A DNA stretch of 64,000 bases, taken from the NCBI GenBank assembly GCA_030693325.1, contig JAUYAV010000019.1:65324-129323 (forward strand). Direction: 5' to 3'. The position numbers and the translations under genes were made by a program. Origin of the DNA: a bacterium (GTDB lineage Bacteria > Patescibacteriota > Minisyncoccia > UBA6257 > MFKM01). Below are positions 47,339-56,070 of the stretch, piece by piece (the first letter of the stretch is position 1; every line of letters starts with the position of its first letter). The notes under the pieces were generated by a model, which saw nothing but the letters and a program-made list of their open reading frames with translations, was not told where the DNA came from and did not search any database.

Positions 47339-48076
47339 ATGCTGAAATTTATAATATTTTTTTCTGTTTTTATTTTGTTAGCCACTGGCGCTATTTATTT
47401 TGTTTTTCATTCCCATTTTTTGAAAGTAGCTGCAGTGGATATTGTCGGTTCGTTAAGAGCTGAAGAAATTAAAGAAGTATTAATTGATAATTTATTAAAA
47501 ACTTCAAAGATTCGCTCCTGGCTCGGTCCGGAAAATCTGCTTTTTTGGCCGTCAAAGATTTCAAACATTCCGGCATCTTTATATTGGCTTTCAGGTTTAA
47601 GTTTAGAAAAAAATTGGCAAGAGAAAATAATTACTCTTAACGCGAAAGAACGCGAGCCCTGGCTCTTGTGGTGTCTGACGGACAGCGGCAATTGTTATTG
47701 GCTTGACGAGCAGGGAATCGTTTTTTCTTCCGCTCCCGAAGCCGAAGGGTTTCTTGTCTCCAAGGTGTCCGAGCAAGGCGACCGCCGACAGCTTTCGCTC
47801 GGCCAGCTATTTTATGATAATTCTCAATTTGCCGAAAATACTTTAGAAATTATTAAACAGATAAAAAATTCTTCATTAGCGGTTTCCAGATTTTCAATTG
47901 AGAACCCGAACTTGGAGGAATTAACCGTTGAAACCACCGGGCCGAAATTATATTTCAGTTTGCGTTTTTTGCCTCAAAATTTTGATAAAGTTTTAAATGA
48001 TTTAATCAATCGACCGAATTTTAGAAAATTGGAATATATTGATTTTCGCGTGGAAAACAGAATATACTATAAATAA
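47339..48076 (+). CDS. FtsQ/DivIB-like (POTRA) membrane protein, tentative
   Basis: N-terminal TM segment then a POTRA-like segment. Confidence 0.3.
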   Translation: MLKFIIFFSVFILLATGAIYFVFHSHFLKVAAVDIVGSLRAEEIKEVLIDNLLKTSKIRSWLGPENLLFWPSKISNIPASLYWLSGLSLEKNWQEKIITLNAKEREPWLLWCLTDSGNCYWLDEQGIVFSSAPEAEGFLVSKVSEQGDRRQLSLGQLFYDNSQFAENTLEIIKQIKNSSLAVSRFSIENPNLEELTVETTGPKLYFSLRFLPQNFDKVLNDLINRPNFRKLEYIDFRVENRIYYK

Positions 48077-48079
48077 CAA

Positions 48080-49870
48080 ATGTCCAAAAAAATTCCTTTT
48101 TTCGTTTTAATTTTAATTCTTGTCGTTTCTTTTTTTGCGATGATTTCCGTATCAAAGCAGGAATCGGCGATAATGGACGAACTAGCTCATATCCCGGCCG
48201 GTTATAGTTATCTGCGCTATCTGGATTTTCGTTTAAACCCCGAACATCCGCCTTTGATAAAAGCGATCTCGGCGATTCCTTTGATGTCTATGGGATTGTC
48301 TTTTCCGGTTACTCAACCGAGTTGGACTGATAATATCAACGACCAATGGGTGGCGGGCAATCAATTCATTTATAAATCCGGCAACGATGCTGATAGGATT
48401 ATTTTCTGGGCGCGGCTTGGGCCGATTCTTTTGACGCTTTTGCTGGTTGTATTGATTTATATTTGGGCCAGGGAATTATTGGGTGGCTGGTGGGGGCTTT
48501 TGCCGGCTTTTCTTTTCGCTTTTTCGCCTACCGTTTTGGCGCACGGCCATTACGTCACCACCGATATCGGAGCGGCTTTCGGCGTAGTTCTGGCGACTTA
48601 TTTTTTCATCAAATTCCTCCTGAAACCCACCGGCAAGTATTTGATTTTCGCCGGCCTGGCTTTCGGCGTGGCTGAATTAATGAAATTTTCAACAGTGCTT
48701 TTAATTCCTTATTTTATTGCGCTGGTTTTAGTTTGGACTATCCGCAAATTGCCCGCGCAGGCAGGCAGAAGATTTTGGCGGAAGCTTCTTTTTTTGGCGG
48801 CTATTTTTGTTATCGGTTACGTTTTGGTTTACTTGGTTTATTTTCTTTTTACCTTGAATTATCCGATTTCCAAACAGGTCGCCGATACCCAATCTATTTT
48901 AACTTCTTTTAAAACTCGCCTGTTTGCCGATATTGACATTAAAATGGCCGGCGATAAATTTCTCCGGCCGCTGGCGCACTATCTTTTGGGCGTGTTAATG
49001 GTCAGCCAACGTTCCGTTGGCGGCAATACCGCTTATTTTCTGGGAGGAATTTCGGCCGCCGGTTGGTGGTATTATTTCCCGGTCGTCTTTTTGTTGAAAG
49101 AGCCGATTCCGTCTCTGATTTTAATTTTCATCGCTCTTATTTTTTGTTTATGGAATTTTATGAGAAGCATCAAGTTTAAAGCTTCATGCTTCATGCTTTA
49201 TGTTTCAAGATTTAAGGATTATCTGGGGACTCATTTGCCGGAATTCGCGATGCTCTTTTTTATTATTTTTTATTGGCTTTACAGCATGCAAGGCAAGTTG
49301 AATATCGGCGTCCGCCATATCCTGCCGACCATGCCTTTTATTTATATTTTGGCGGCCGCCGGATTAAAGAGTTGGGTAAATAATAAATTTTGGAAACATT
49401 CTTTCAAGATTTCCTTGATTTTCGTTTTACTTTTTTGGTATCTTTTGGAAACGATTTTTGCCTATCCTTTTTATCTTTCTTATTTCAATCAATTCGGCGG
49501 TGGCGTTTTCGGAGGATATCGCTATGTGACGGATTCCAATTACGATTGGGGTCAGGATTTGAAGCGATTGACGGTTTTCGTTGAAGAAAAAGGCATTCAA
49601 AAAATTGCCGTTGATTATTTCGGCGGCGGGGATACCAAATATTATTTAGGCGATAAAATGGAAAATTGGTGGTCCAATCGCGGCAATCCTCAAGACATCG
49701 GCATTGAATGGCTGGCTGTTTCTGTTAATACTCTGCAATCGGCTTTGGCCAAAGCCGCCCCTGGTTTTGAAAGAAAATCTGAAGACGAATATCGCTGGCT
49801 GCAGGAAATCAAAAATCCGTTTCAGCCGGATTACCGGATAGGGACATCAATATTCGTTTATAAACTTTAA
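48080..49870 (+). CDS. Polytopic glycosyltransferase, GT39/GT83 family (PMT/ArnT-like)
   Basis: DELAHIPAGYSY...HPPLIK periplasmic loop motif; many TM helices. Confidence 0.6.
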   Translation: MSKKIPFFVLILILVVSFFAMISVSKQESAIMDELAHIPAGYSYLRYLDFRLNPEHPPLIKAISAIPLMSMGLSFPVTQPSWTDNINDQWVAGNQFIYKSGNDADRIIFWARLGPILLTLLLVVLIYIWARELLGGWWGLLPAFLFAFSPTVLAHGHYVTTDIGAAFGVVLATYFFIKFLLKPTGKYLIFAGLAFGVAELMKFSTVLLIPYFIALVLVWTIRKLPAQAGRRFWRKLLFLAAIFVIGYVLVYLVYFLFTLNYPISKQVADTQSILTSFKTRLFADIDIKMAGDKFLRPLAHYLLGVLMVSQRSVGGNTAYFLGGISAAGWWYYFPVVFLLKEPIPSLILIFIALIFCLWNFMRSIKFKASCFMLYVSRFKDYLGTHLPEFAMLFFIIFYWLYSMQGKLNIGVRHILPTMPFIYILAAAGLKSWVNNKFWKHSFKISLIFVLLFWYLLETIFAYPFYLSYFNQFGGGVFGGYRYVTDSNYDWGQDLKRLTVFVEEKGIQKIAVDYFGGGDTKYYLGDKMENWWSNRGNPQDIGIEWLAVSVNTLQSALAKAAPGFERKSEDEYRWLQEIKNPFQPDYRIGTSIFVYKL

Positions 49871-49894
49871 TTTTTTTAAATTTACAATTTATTT

Positions 49895-50902
49895 ATGAAA
49901 CTCTCAATCGGAATCGTCGGCTTGCCTAATGTCGGCAAGTCAACGTTATTCAAATTAATAACAAAACAAGAAGTTAATATCGCCAATTATCCTTTCGCCA
50001 CCATTGACCCGAATGTCGGCGTGGTTCCCGTTCCCGATGAGCGATTGGAAAAATTGGCGAAATTAAGCGCTTCAAAAAAAATTATTCCGGCGGTGGTGGA
50101 ATTTTACGATATTGCCGGCCTGGTCAAAGGCGCCAATAAAGGCGAGGGTTTGGGCAATCAGTTTTTGTCGCACATCAGGGAAGTAAACGCCGTAGTTGAG
50201 GTCGTCAGGTGTTTTCAGTTGGGCGAGATTATCCATGTTGAAAACAGAGTTGATCCCATAAAAGACATGGAAATCGTTAACACGGAACTGATTTTGAAAG
50301 ATTTGGAAATTGTTGAAAAAAGAGCCGCAAAACTGGAAGGGGAAATTAAAACAGGTGGCAATAAAAAAATAAAAGATTTTGAAACGGTTAAAAAAATCCA
50401 AGACGAACTGAATAAAAATATTTTGGCGGTTAATCTTGATAAAGATTTATTAAGCGAACCGGTTATCCAAGAATTGAATCTTTTGACTTCCAAGCCGCAG
50501 ATTTATCTTTTAAACGGCGCGGTTGGAGACGTTTCCGAGGAATTGAAAGCCGGAATTAAATCCCTCAAAGCTGATTATTTAATATCGGATTTGGGCATGG
50601 AGCAAAACGTGAATGACCTAATCAAAAAGGCGTACGAAATTCTCGGGCTAATCAGTTTTTTGACTACCGGCGAAGACGAAACCCGGGCCTGGACCGTCAA
50701 AAAAGGAGCCAAAGCGCCCGAAGCCGCCGGCGTTATTCACACCGATTTTGAAAATAAATTCATCAGAGCTGAAGTGGTTAATTGGGAAAAATTATTGGAA
50801 GCCGGCAGTTGGGTAAAGGCGAAACAAAAAGGCCTGGTTAGGATTGAAGGCAAGGATTATGAAGTTCAGGATGGCGATGTGATGGAAATAAGACATTCTT
50901 AG
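49895..50902 (+). CDS. ychF: Ribosome-binding ATPase YchF
   Basis: IGIVGLPNVGKSTLF...NYPFATIDPNVGVV. Confidence 0.9.
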   Translation: MKLSIGIVGLPNVGKSTLFKLITKQEVNIANYPFATIDPNVGVVPVPDERLEKLAKLSASKKIIPAVVEFYDIAGLVKGANKGEGLGNQFLSHIREVNAVVEVVRCFQLGEIIHVENRVDPIKDMEIVNTELILKDLEIVEKRAAKLEGEIKTGGNKKIKDFETVKKIQDELNKNILAVNLDKDLLSEPVIQELNLLTSKPQIYLLNGAVGDVSEELKAGIKSLKADYLISDLGMEQNVNDLIKKAYEILGLISFLTTGEDETRAWTVKKGAKAPEAAGVIHTDFENKFIRAEVVNWEKLLEAGSWVKAKQKGLVRIEGKDYEVQDGDVMEIRHS

Positions 50903-50949
50903 TTTTGTTTGTCTTGAGTAAATCTCATAATTTTTATATATTTAACGAT

Positions 50950-53900
50950 ATGCTGAAAGACATTAAGAATCTGAAAAATTCCGAGCTTGAAGAAAAAGTT
51001 CTTAAATTCTGGCAGGAAAATAAAATTTTTGAGAAATCCCTGGAGAGACGAGCGAAGAAACCGCTTTTTTCTTTTTATGACGGACCGCCTTTCGCCAACG
51101 GTTTGCCTCACTACGGCCATATTTTAGCCACCGTTATTAAAGACGCTACGACCCGTTTTTGGACAATGGCCGGCTTCAGGGTTGAACGCCGGGTGGGCTG
51201 GGATACTCACGGTTTGCCCGTGGAAACCGAGATTGAAAAACAATTGAATCTCAAGGGCAAAAAAGACATTGAAAAATTCGGCATTGAAAAATTTAACGCC
51301 GCCTGCCGCGATTCGGTTTTCCGTTATAAAAAAGAATGGGAAAAAACTCTTGAAAGAGTCGGCCGCTGGGCTGATTATGGGAACGCTTACGCCACTTTGG
51401 ACAATTCCTACATGGAATCGGTCTGGTGGGTTTTTAAAAAACTTTGGGAACAAAAACTGATTTATAAAGATTTCCGGGTAACGCCGTATTGTTTCCGCTG
51501 TGGCACGCCTTTATCCAATTTTGAAGTAAATCAGGGCTACCGGGAAGCCGAAGACCCATCGGTTTACGTGAAATTTAAAATAAAAAATCCGAAATCTTCA
51601 AAAAACGAATATTTGCTGGTTTGGACGACTACCCCCTGGACATTGCCTGCCAATGCCGCCATTGCCGTTAATCCGGATTTAATTTATACGAAATATTCGG
51701 TGAATGGAGATTATCTTTTTTCTTATAGCGCGCCTCCGGCTTTAACCGGCGTTAAAATTGAAGCTGTTGAAAAAATTTCCGGCAAAAAACTTGCAGGTTT
51801 GGAATACGAGCCGCTTTATAAACTTGCAGGTTCGGAATTTAAAGTTAATGATTGTTATCGGGTTTTGCCGGCTGATTTTATTTCAACCGAAGAGGGGACG
51901 GGGTTGGTTCATATCGCGCCGGCTTTCGGAGAGGAAGACATGAAAGTGGGCAAAAAAAATAATCTTCCGGTTCTAATAACCGTGGATGAAGAGGGGAAAA
52001 TGAAAACGCCGGGTTATTCTTGGAACGGTTTGTTCGTCAAAGAAGCCGATAAAGTCATTTTTGAAGATTTAGAAAAAAGAAATCTTTTGTACAAAAAAGA
52101 AACCGTTCTTCACCAGTATCCTTTTTGCTGGCGCTGTGATTCGCCGTTGCTTTATTATCCTTTAAGCACCTGGTATATCGCCGTTGCCAAAATCAAAAAT
52201 AAATTAATAAAAAATAACAAGAAAATTCATTGGGTGCCGGAGCATATTAAAGAAGGAAGGTTCGGCAAGTGGCTGGCTGAAGCGCGGGATTGGGCTTTTT
52301 CCCGGAATCGTTTCTGGGGCGCGGCGTTGCCGATTTGGCAGTGCCAGTCCTGTCAGCAAAATATCGCCATAGGTTCCCTGAAAGAGTTGGCGCAATCGGC
52401 GGTTAATGCGAATAATCATTATTTTATTTTGCGGCATGGTCAGGCCGAATCAAACCATCATAAAATTATTTCTTGCTGGCCGGAAAAAATAACAGTCAAA
52501 CTTACTGACAAAGGAAGGGAACAAATTGAAAAAATCGCCCAAGTTTTAAACAAAAAAAATATTCAACTTATTTTTTCTTCGGACCTTTTGCGCACCAAAG
52601 AAACCGCCGGGATTGTTTCTAAAAAAATTAATATTCCGGTTAATTTTGACGAACGTTTAAGAGAATATAATGTCGGGGAATTCAACGGGCAACCGATAGA
52701 AAAATTCAACGATTTTATGGGCGAGAAAATAAATTTATTTTCTAAAACTCCCGAAGGAGGAGAGAATTTAAGCGATATTAGGAAACGGATGATGGATTCT
52801 ATTTTGGAATTGGAAAAAAAATATAAAAATAAAAATATTTTGATTGTCAGCCACGGCGATCCGCTCTGGATTTTGGAAGGAGCCAGCCAGGGGCTCAACG
52901 AGAAAGAGCTTGTAAAATCAATGGAAAATTACATTAAAGTAGGCGAACTGCGGGAAATCAAACTTTCCAATTTACCTTATGACGGGGAAGGGAAATTAGA
53001 TTTACATCGCCCTTATATAGACAAAATAGAATTGCGGTGTCCCGAATGTGAAGGCCGGGCCAAGCGTGTTTCGGAGGTTTTTGACTGCTGGTTTGAATCC
53101 GGCTCCATGCCTTACGGCCAATGGCATTATCCTTTTGAGAATAAAAATTTGGTGGAAAAAACTTTTCCCGCTGATTTCATCGCTGAAGGCCTGGACCAAA
53201 CCCGGGGCTGGTTTTACACTCTTCATGTTTTAGCCGGCGCTTTATTTAATAAACCGGCTTTTAAAAACGTAGTTGTTAACGGACTTGTTTTAGACGCCCG
53301 TGGAATGAAATTAAGCAAAAAACTGCGCAACTACGCCGAACCGGAAATAATTTTTGATAAATACGGGGCTGACGCTTTGCGTTATTTTCTTCTGAGCTCC
53401 ACTCAAATCGGCGAGGATTATCAGTTTTCCGAAAAAGGCGTGGCAGAAATTTTCCGGAAGGTGATTGATAAATTCAGGAATGTTTTCAATTTTTATCAGC
53501 TATACGCGGGGAATATCCGCATAAATCCCTGCCTGCCTGCCTGCAGAAGCGTTTCTTTATTGGATAAATGGATTTTAGCCCGGCTCAACGAAGTCATCTT
53601 AAAAATGACCGAAAAAATGGAGGCCTATGAACTTACCGATGCCACCAGAATTCTTATGGAATTTATTGACGACCTTTCAAATTGGTTTGTCAGGCGTTCC
53701 CGGAAAAGATTTTCGGGTGAAGATTCCAAACAGGCCTCGGCCGTGCTTGGTTATATAATTTTGGAAACCAGCAAATTAATGGCGCCTTTCGCCCCGTTTA
53801 TTAGCGAGGCGATTCATATGACTTTGACGCAAAATTCGGTTCATCTTGAAGATTGGCCCAAAGCTGATAAAAATCTGATTGATAAGAATTTGTTGGAATC

Positions 53901-54054
53901 AATGGTTGAAGTGCGGCGGTTGGCCAGTTTGGCTTTAGCCAAGAGATTGGAAGCCGTAATAAAAGTGAGACAGCCGCTGGCGTCATTAAAACTCAAAAAC
54001 TCAAAAACTCAAAAACAGCAAAGGACTATTAGATATTTTGAAAGACGAAATTAA
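50950..54054 (+). CDS. ileS: Isoleucyl-tRNA synthetase, main part. It contains an inserted histidine-phosphatase (PGAM-like) domain at about 52400-53000 and is frameshifted at its 3' end. A TTG at 50905 is an alternative start.
   Basis: PFANGLPHYGH (HIGH motif), KLSKKL (KMSKS motif), Zn knuckles; inserted RHG...SHGD block. Confidence 0.9.
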   Translation: MLKDIKNLKNSELEEKVLKFWQENKIFEKSLERRAKKPLFSFYDGPPFANGLPHYGHILATVIKDATTRFWTMAGFRVERRVGWDTHGLPVETEIEKQLNLKGKKDIEKFGIEKFNAACRDSVFRYKKEWEKTLERVGRWADYGNAYATLDNSYMESVWWVFKKLWEQKLIYKDFRVTPYCFRCGTPLSNFEVNQGYREAEDPSVYVKFKIKNPKSSKNEYLLVWTTTPWTLPANAAIAVNPDLIYTKYSVNGDYLFSYSAPPALTGVKIEAVEKISGKKLAGLEYEPLYKLAGSEFKVNDCYRVLPADFISTEEGTGLVHIAPAFGEEDMKVGKKNNLPVLITVDEEGKMKTPGYSWNGLFVKEADKVIFEDLEKRNLLYKKETVLHQYPFCWRCDSPLLYYPLSTWYIAVAKIKNKLIKNNKKIHWVPEHIKEGRFGKWLAEARDWAFSRNRFWGAALPIWQCQSCQQNIAIGSLKELAQSAVNANNHYFILRHGQAESNHHKIISCWPEKITVKLTDKGREQIEKIAQVLNKKNIQLIFSSDLLRTKETAGIVSKKINIPVNFDERLREYNVGEFNGQPIEKFNDFMGEKINLFSKTPEGGENLSDIRKRMMDSILELEKKYKNKNILIVSHGDPLWILEGASQGLNEKELVKSMENYIKVGELREIKLSNLPYDGEGKLDLHRPYIDKIELRCPECEGRAKRVSEVFDCWFESGSMPYGQWHYPFENKNLVEKTFPADFIAEGLDQTRGWFYTLHVLAGALFNKPAFKNVVVNGLVLDARGMKLSKKLRNYAEPEIIFDKYGADALRYFLLSSTQIGEDYQFSEKGVAEIFRKVIDKFRNVFNFYQLYAGNIRINPCLPACRSVSLLDKWILARLNEVILKMTEKMEAYELTDATRILMEFIDDLSNWFVRRSRKRFSGEDSKQASAVLGYIILETSKLMAPFAPFISEAIHMTLTQNSVHLEDWPKADKNLIDKNLLESMVEVRRLASLALAKRLEAVIKVRQPLASLKLKNSKTQKQQRTIRYFERRN

Positions 54055-54388
54055 CGTCAAAGAAATTATTTTTGATTCCGAAATAAAAGAGGAATTGGAA
54101 TTGGACACCAAAATAACGCCAGAGTTGAAAGCGGAAGGTGTTTTAAGGGATTTGACCCGGCTGGTTCAGGGTTTGCGCCAGGACGCCGGCTATCAGCCGA
54201 AGGACAAAATTATTTTGATGATTGAAGCCCCGGCGGAACTAAAAGAGATTTTGGAAAAGAATAATGTTTTTCTCAAAAAAGAAATCAACGCCCATGATAT
54301 TGAGCTAAGACATTCGGACAAGTTTGACGCGGAATCAAGCACTAAAATGAACGACTGGCAGATTTGGCTGGGAGTAAGAAAAATTTAA
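54038..54388 (+). CDS. ileS: IleRS C-terminal domain in the +1 frame (continuation of ileS after a frameshift at the AAAACTC x3 repeat)
   Basis: ELDTKITPELKAEGVLRDLTRLVQGLRQDAGYQPKDKI is the conserved IleRS C-terminal region. Confidence 0.75.
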   Translation: MKDEINVKEIIFDSEIKEELELDTKITPELKAEGVLRDLTRLVQGLRQDAGYQPKDKIILMIEAPAELKEILEKNNVFLKKEINAHDIELRHSDKFDAESSTKMNDWQIWLGVRKI

Positions 54389-54410
54389 GAAATTTTATTG
54401 TTTTGTTTTC

Positions 54411-54444
54411 ATTCAGGTACTATCACGCGTGATAGTACCTGAAT
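54411..54444. promoter_or_regulatory. 34-bp perfect palindrome with core ACTATCACGCGTGATAGT, at the 3' flank of the second TrpR-like gene (likely also the ileS terminator)
   Basis: attcaggtactatcacgcgtgatagtacctgaat. Confidence 0.8.
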
Positions 54445-54454
54445 TTATACTATT

Positions 54455-54892
54455 TTATCCCTGGTAATTTAAAAATTTCCATCTTTTGCCGCCTTTGGTT
54501 GGAAAAGGGAAATTAAGCCAATAATCTAAGATTGTTTTTTGCGGCGGTAATCCTTTTTTGTGTTTTTCTATTTTTTCGCTTTTGCTTTTTTTGGCGTAAT
54601 AACGATTGCTTTGATAGCCGGATTGTTTTTCAATGCTCTTTTTAAGAGCGCTAATAGTGCTTGGAGAAATCCATAAAATTTCTTCTATTTCTTTATAGGA
54701 TTTTCCGGCTTTTATCATCGCCAGAGCCGTTAATCTTTTTATAATTAATTTTTTTTCGTTGGCGCTTAGTAAATTATCTAAAAAATTCTTTAATTGTTTT
54801 TCAGACCTCGCTCTTTCGGCATTTTCCAAAAATTTGGACCAAAGGAAATCCTCCCATTCTTTTCTTGATTTAAATTCAGAGATTTTTTTCAT
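54455..54892 (-). CDS. TrpR/YerC-YecD-like HTH DNA-binding protein (paralog 2)
   Basis: LLSANEKKLIIKRLTALAMIKAGKSYKEIEEILWISPSTIS. Confidence 0.6.
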   Translation of the reverse strand: MKKISEFKSRKEWEDFLWSKFLENAERARSEKQLKNFLDNLLSANEKKLIIKRLTALAMIKAGKSYKEIEEILWISPSTISALKKSIEKQSGYQSNRYYAKKSKSEKIEKHKKGLPPQKTILDYWLNFPFPTKGGKRWKFLNYQG

Positions 54893-54945
54893 AGATATTG
54901 TTCGGTCTATTTTAGCTAATTTTAAGATAAAATTTATTTTTATTC

Positions 54946-54967
54946 AAACTATCACGCGTGATAGTTT
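54946..54967. promoter_or_regulatory. Second copy of the ACTATCACGCGTGATAGT palindrome, about 55 nt upstream of the TrpR-like paralog 2 start
   Basis: aaactatcacgcgtgatagttt. Confidence 0.8.
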
Positions 54968-55074
54968 ATTTGAGGGGCGTTTAAGAAATTTTATTTCGAG
55001 GTGTTTAAAAAAGCCGAAAACCCGAATTGTTTTTTGGCTTTTAGTTGATTTGGCGAGTCGCTCACTCTAGGGGT

Positions 55075-56064
55075 TTATTGGCGATACATTGCCCTTTTAA
55101 CGAGTTGCAGAGTTTCTTGGGCGTTAGCTCGGGCGATTTTGGCGCCTTCTTCCAGTATAGATGAGATGAACGAATTATTTTGAGACATCTCGCTTTTTTT
55201 AGCCTGAAATTCGGCCAAGAAATTATTAGTGATACGAATAAAAAGTTGCTTGAATTGTCCCATCACCGGTTTGCCTTTTTTGTGTTCCTTAATTAGAGAA
55301 TCTATTTCTTCTTTTTCTTGATCATTTTTACATAAACTTTTAGCAACAAGGATGTGACTTTCCAGTTTTTCGTTCATTGCTCCTTCGAATGCGGTTTCCG
55401 CGCCTTTAATTTTTCTGGCAACGGTTTTTGCGTCATCCGTAAGAAAAATGGCTCCTTCCGGAGAGCTTTTGCTCATTTTCCCTTCTCCTTTTAAAGAAAG
55501 GATTTTAAGCGCGTCTATTTGAAGGGGTTGTGGAAGCGGGAAAATTTTTCCATATTTTTTATTAAACCTTCTAGCGAGTTCTCGGCTCACTTCTAAGTGC
55601 GCGAGCTGGTCTTTTCCGACTGGAATTTTTTCTGCTCGCTGAAGCAATATGTCGGCAGTCATCATTACCGGATAAAGAAGGAGAAATGTATTCGCTGTTT
55701 CCGGTCGCACGTTGGCTTTTAATTTTTCTTTGAGGGTGGGGACTCTTAAAAGTTCAGACACGTTTATTAAACGAGATAGAAACATAGTCAAAACAGATAC
55801 CTCGTTTTCAATATCAGATTGTAAAAAGATTTTAGTTTTATCGGGATTTATTCCGAACGCGATGTAATCAGCAACAACTTCATTGACAAATTTTTTTGCA
55901 TTGGCCGGTTCATTGTCGGTTATGGCGTGAAGGTCGGCGACAAAAACCAAAGGGGATCGGCCTTTGTTTTGGAGTTCAACAATAGGTTTAATCGCTCCAA
56001 GATAATTGGCGATCGTCAAATCGCCAGTTGGGCGAATGCCTGTCAAAATTTCAATTTTAGTCAT
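55075..56064 (-). CDS. trpS: Tryptophanyl-tRNA synthetase
   Basis: HIGH-type N-terminus and KMSKS. Confidence 0.95.
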   Translation of the reverse strand: MTKIEILTGIRPTGDLTIANYLGAIKPIVELQNKGRSPLVFVADLHAITDNEPANAKKFVNEVVADYIAFGINPDKTKIFLQSDIENEVSVLTMFLSRLINVSELLRVPTLKEKLKANVRPETANTFLLLYPVMMTADILLQRAEKIPVGKDQLAHLEVSRELARRFNKKYGKIFPLPQPLQIDALKILSLKGEGKMSKSSPEGAIFLTDDAKTVARKIKGAETAFEGAMNEKLESHILVAKSLCKNDQEKEEIDSLIKEHKKGKPVMGQFKQLFIRITNNFLAEFQAKKSEMSQNNSFISSILEEGAKIARANAQETLQLVKRAMYRQ

Positions 56065-56070
56065 TGTTTT

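Noticed and set aside
49141-49215. Short CTTCATG repeats inside the GT39-family gene, and the AATCAGCGT x4 repeat in the phosphohexomutase fragment, as regulatory elements
   Set aside because: They are in frame within coding sequence and short. They are most simply local slippage duplications. They are noted but not called as features.
52400-53000. Intein in ileS
   Set aside because: The insert lacks an N-terminal Cys/Ser and a C-terminal His-Asn followed by Cys/Ser/Thr. Instead it carries histidine-phosphatase motifs (RHG, SHG). It is treated as a domain insertion.
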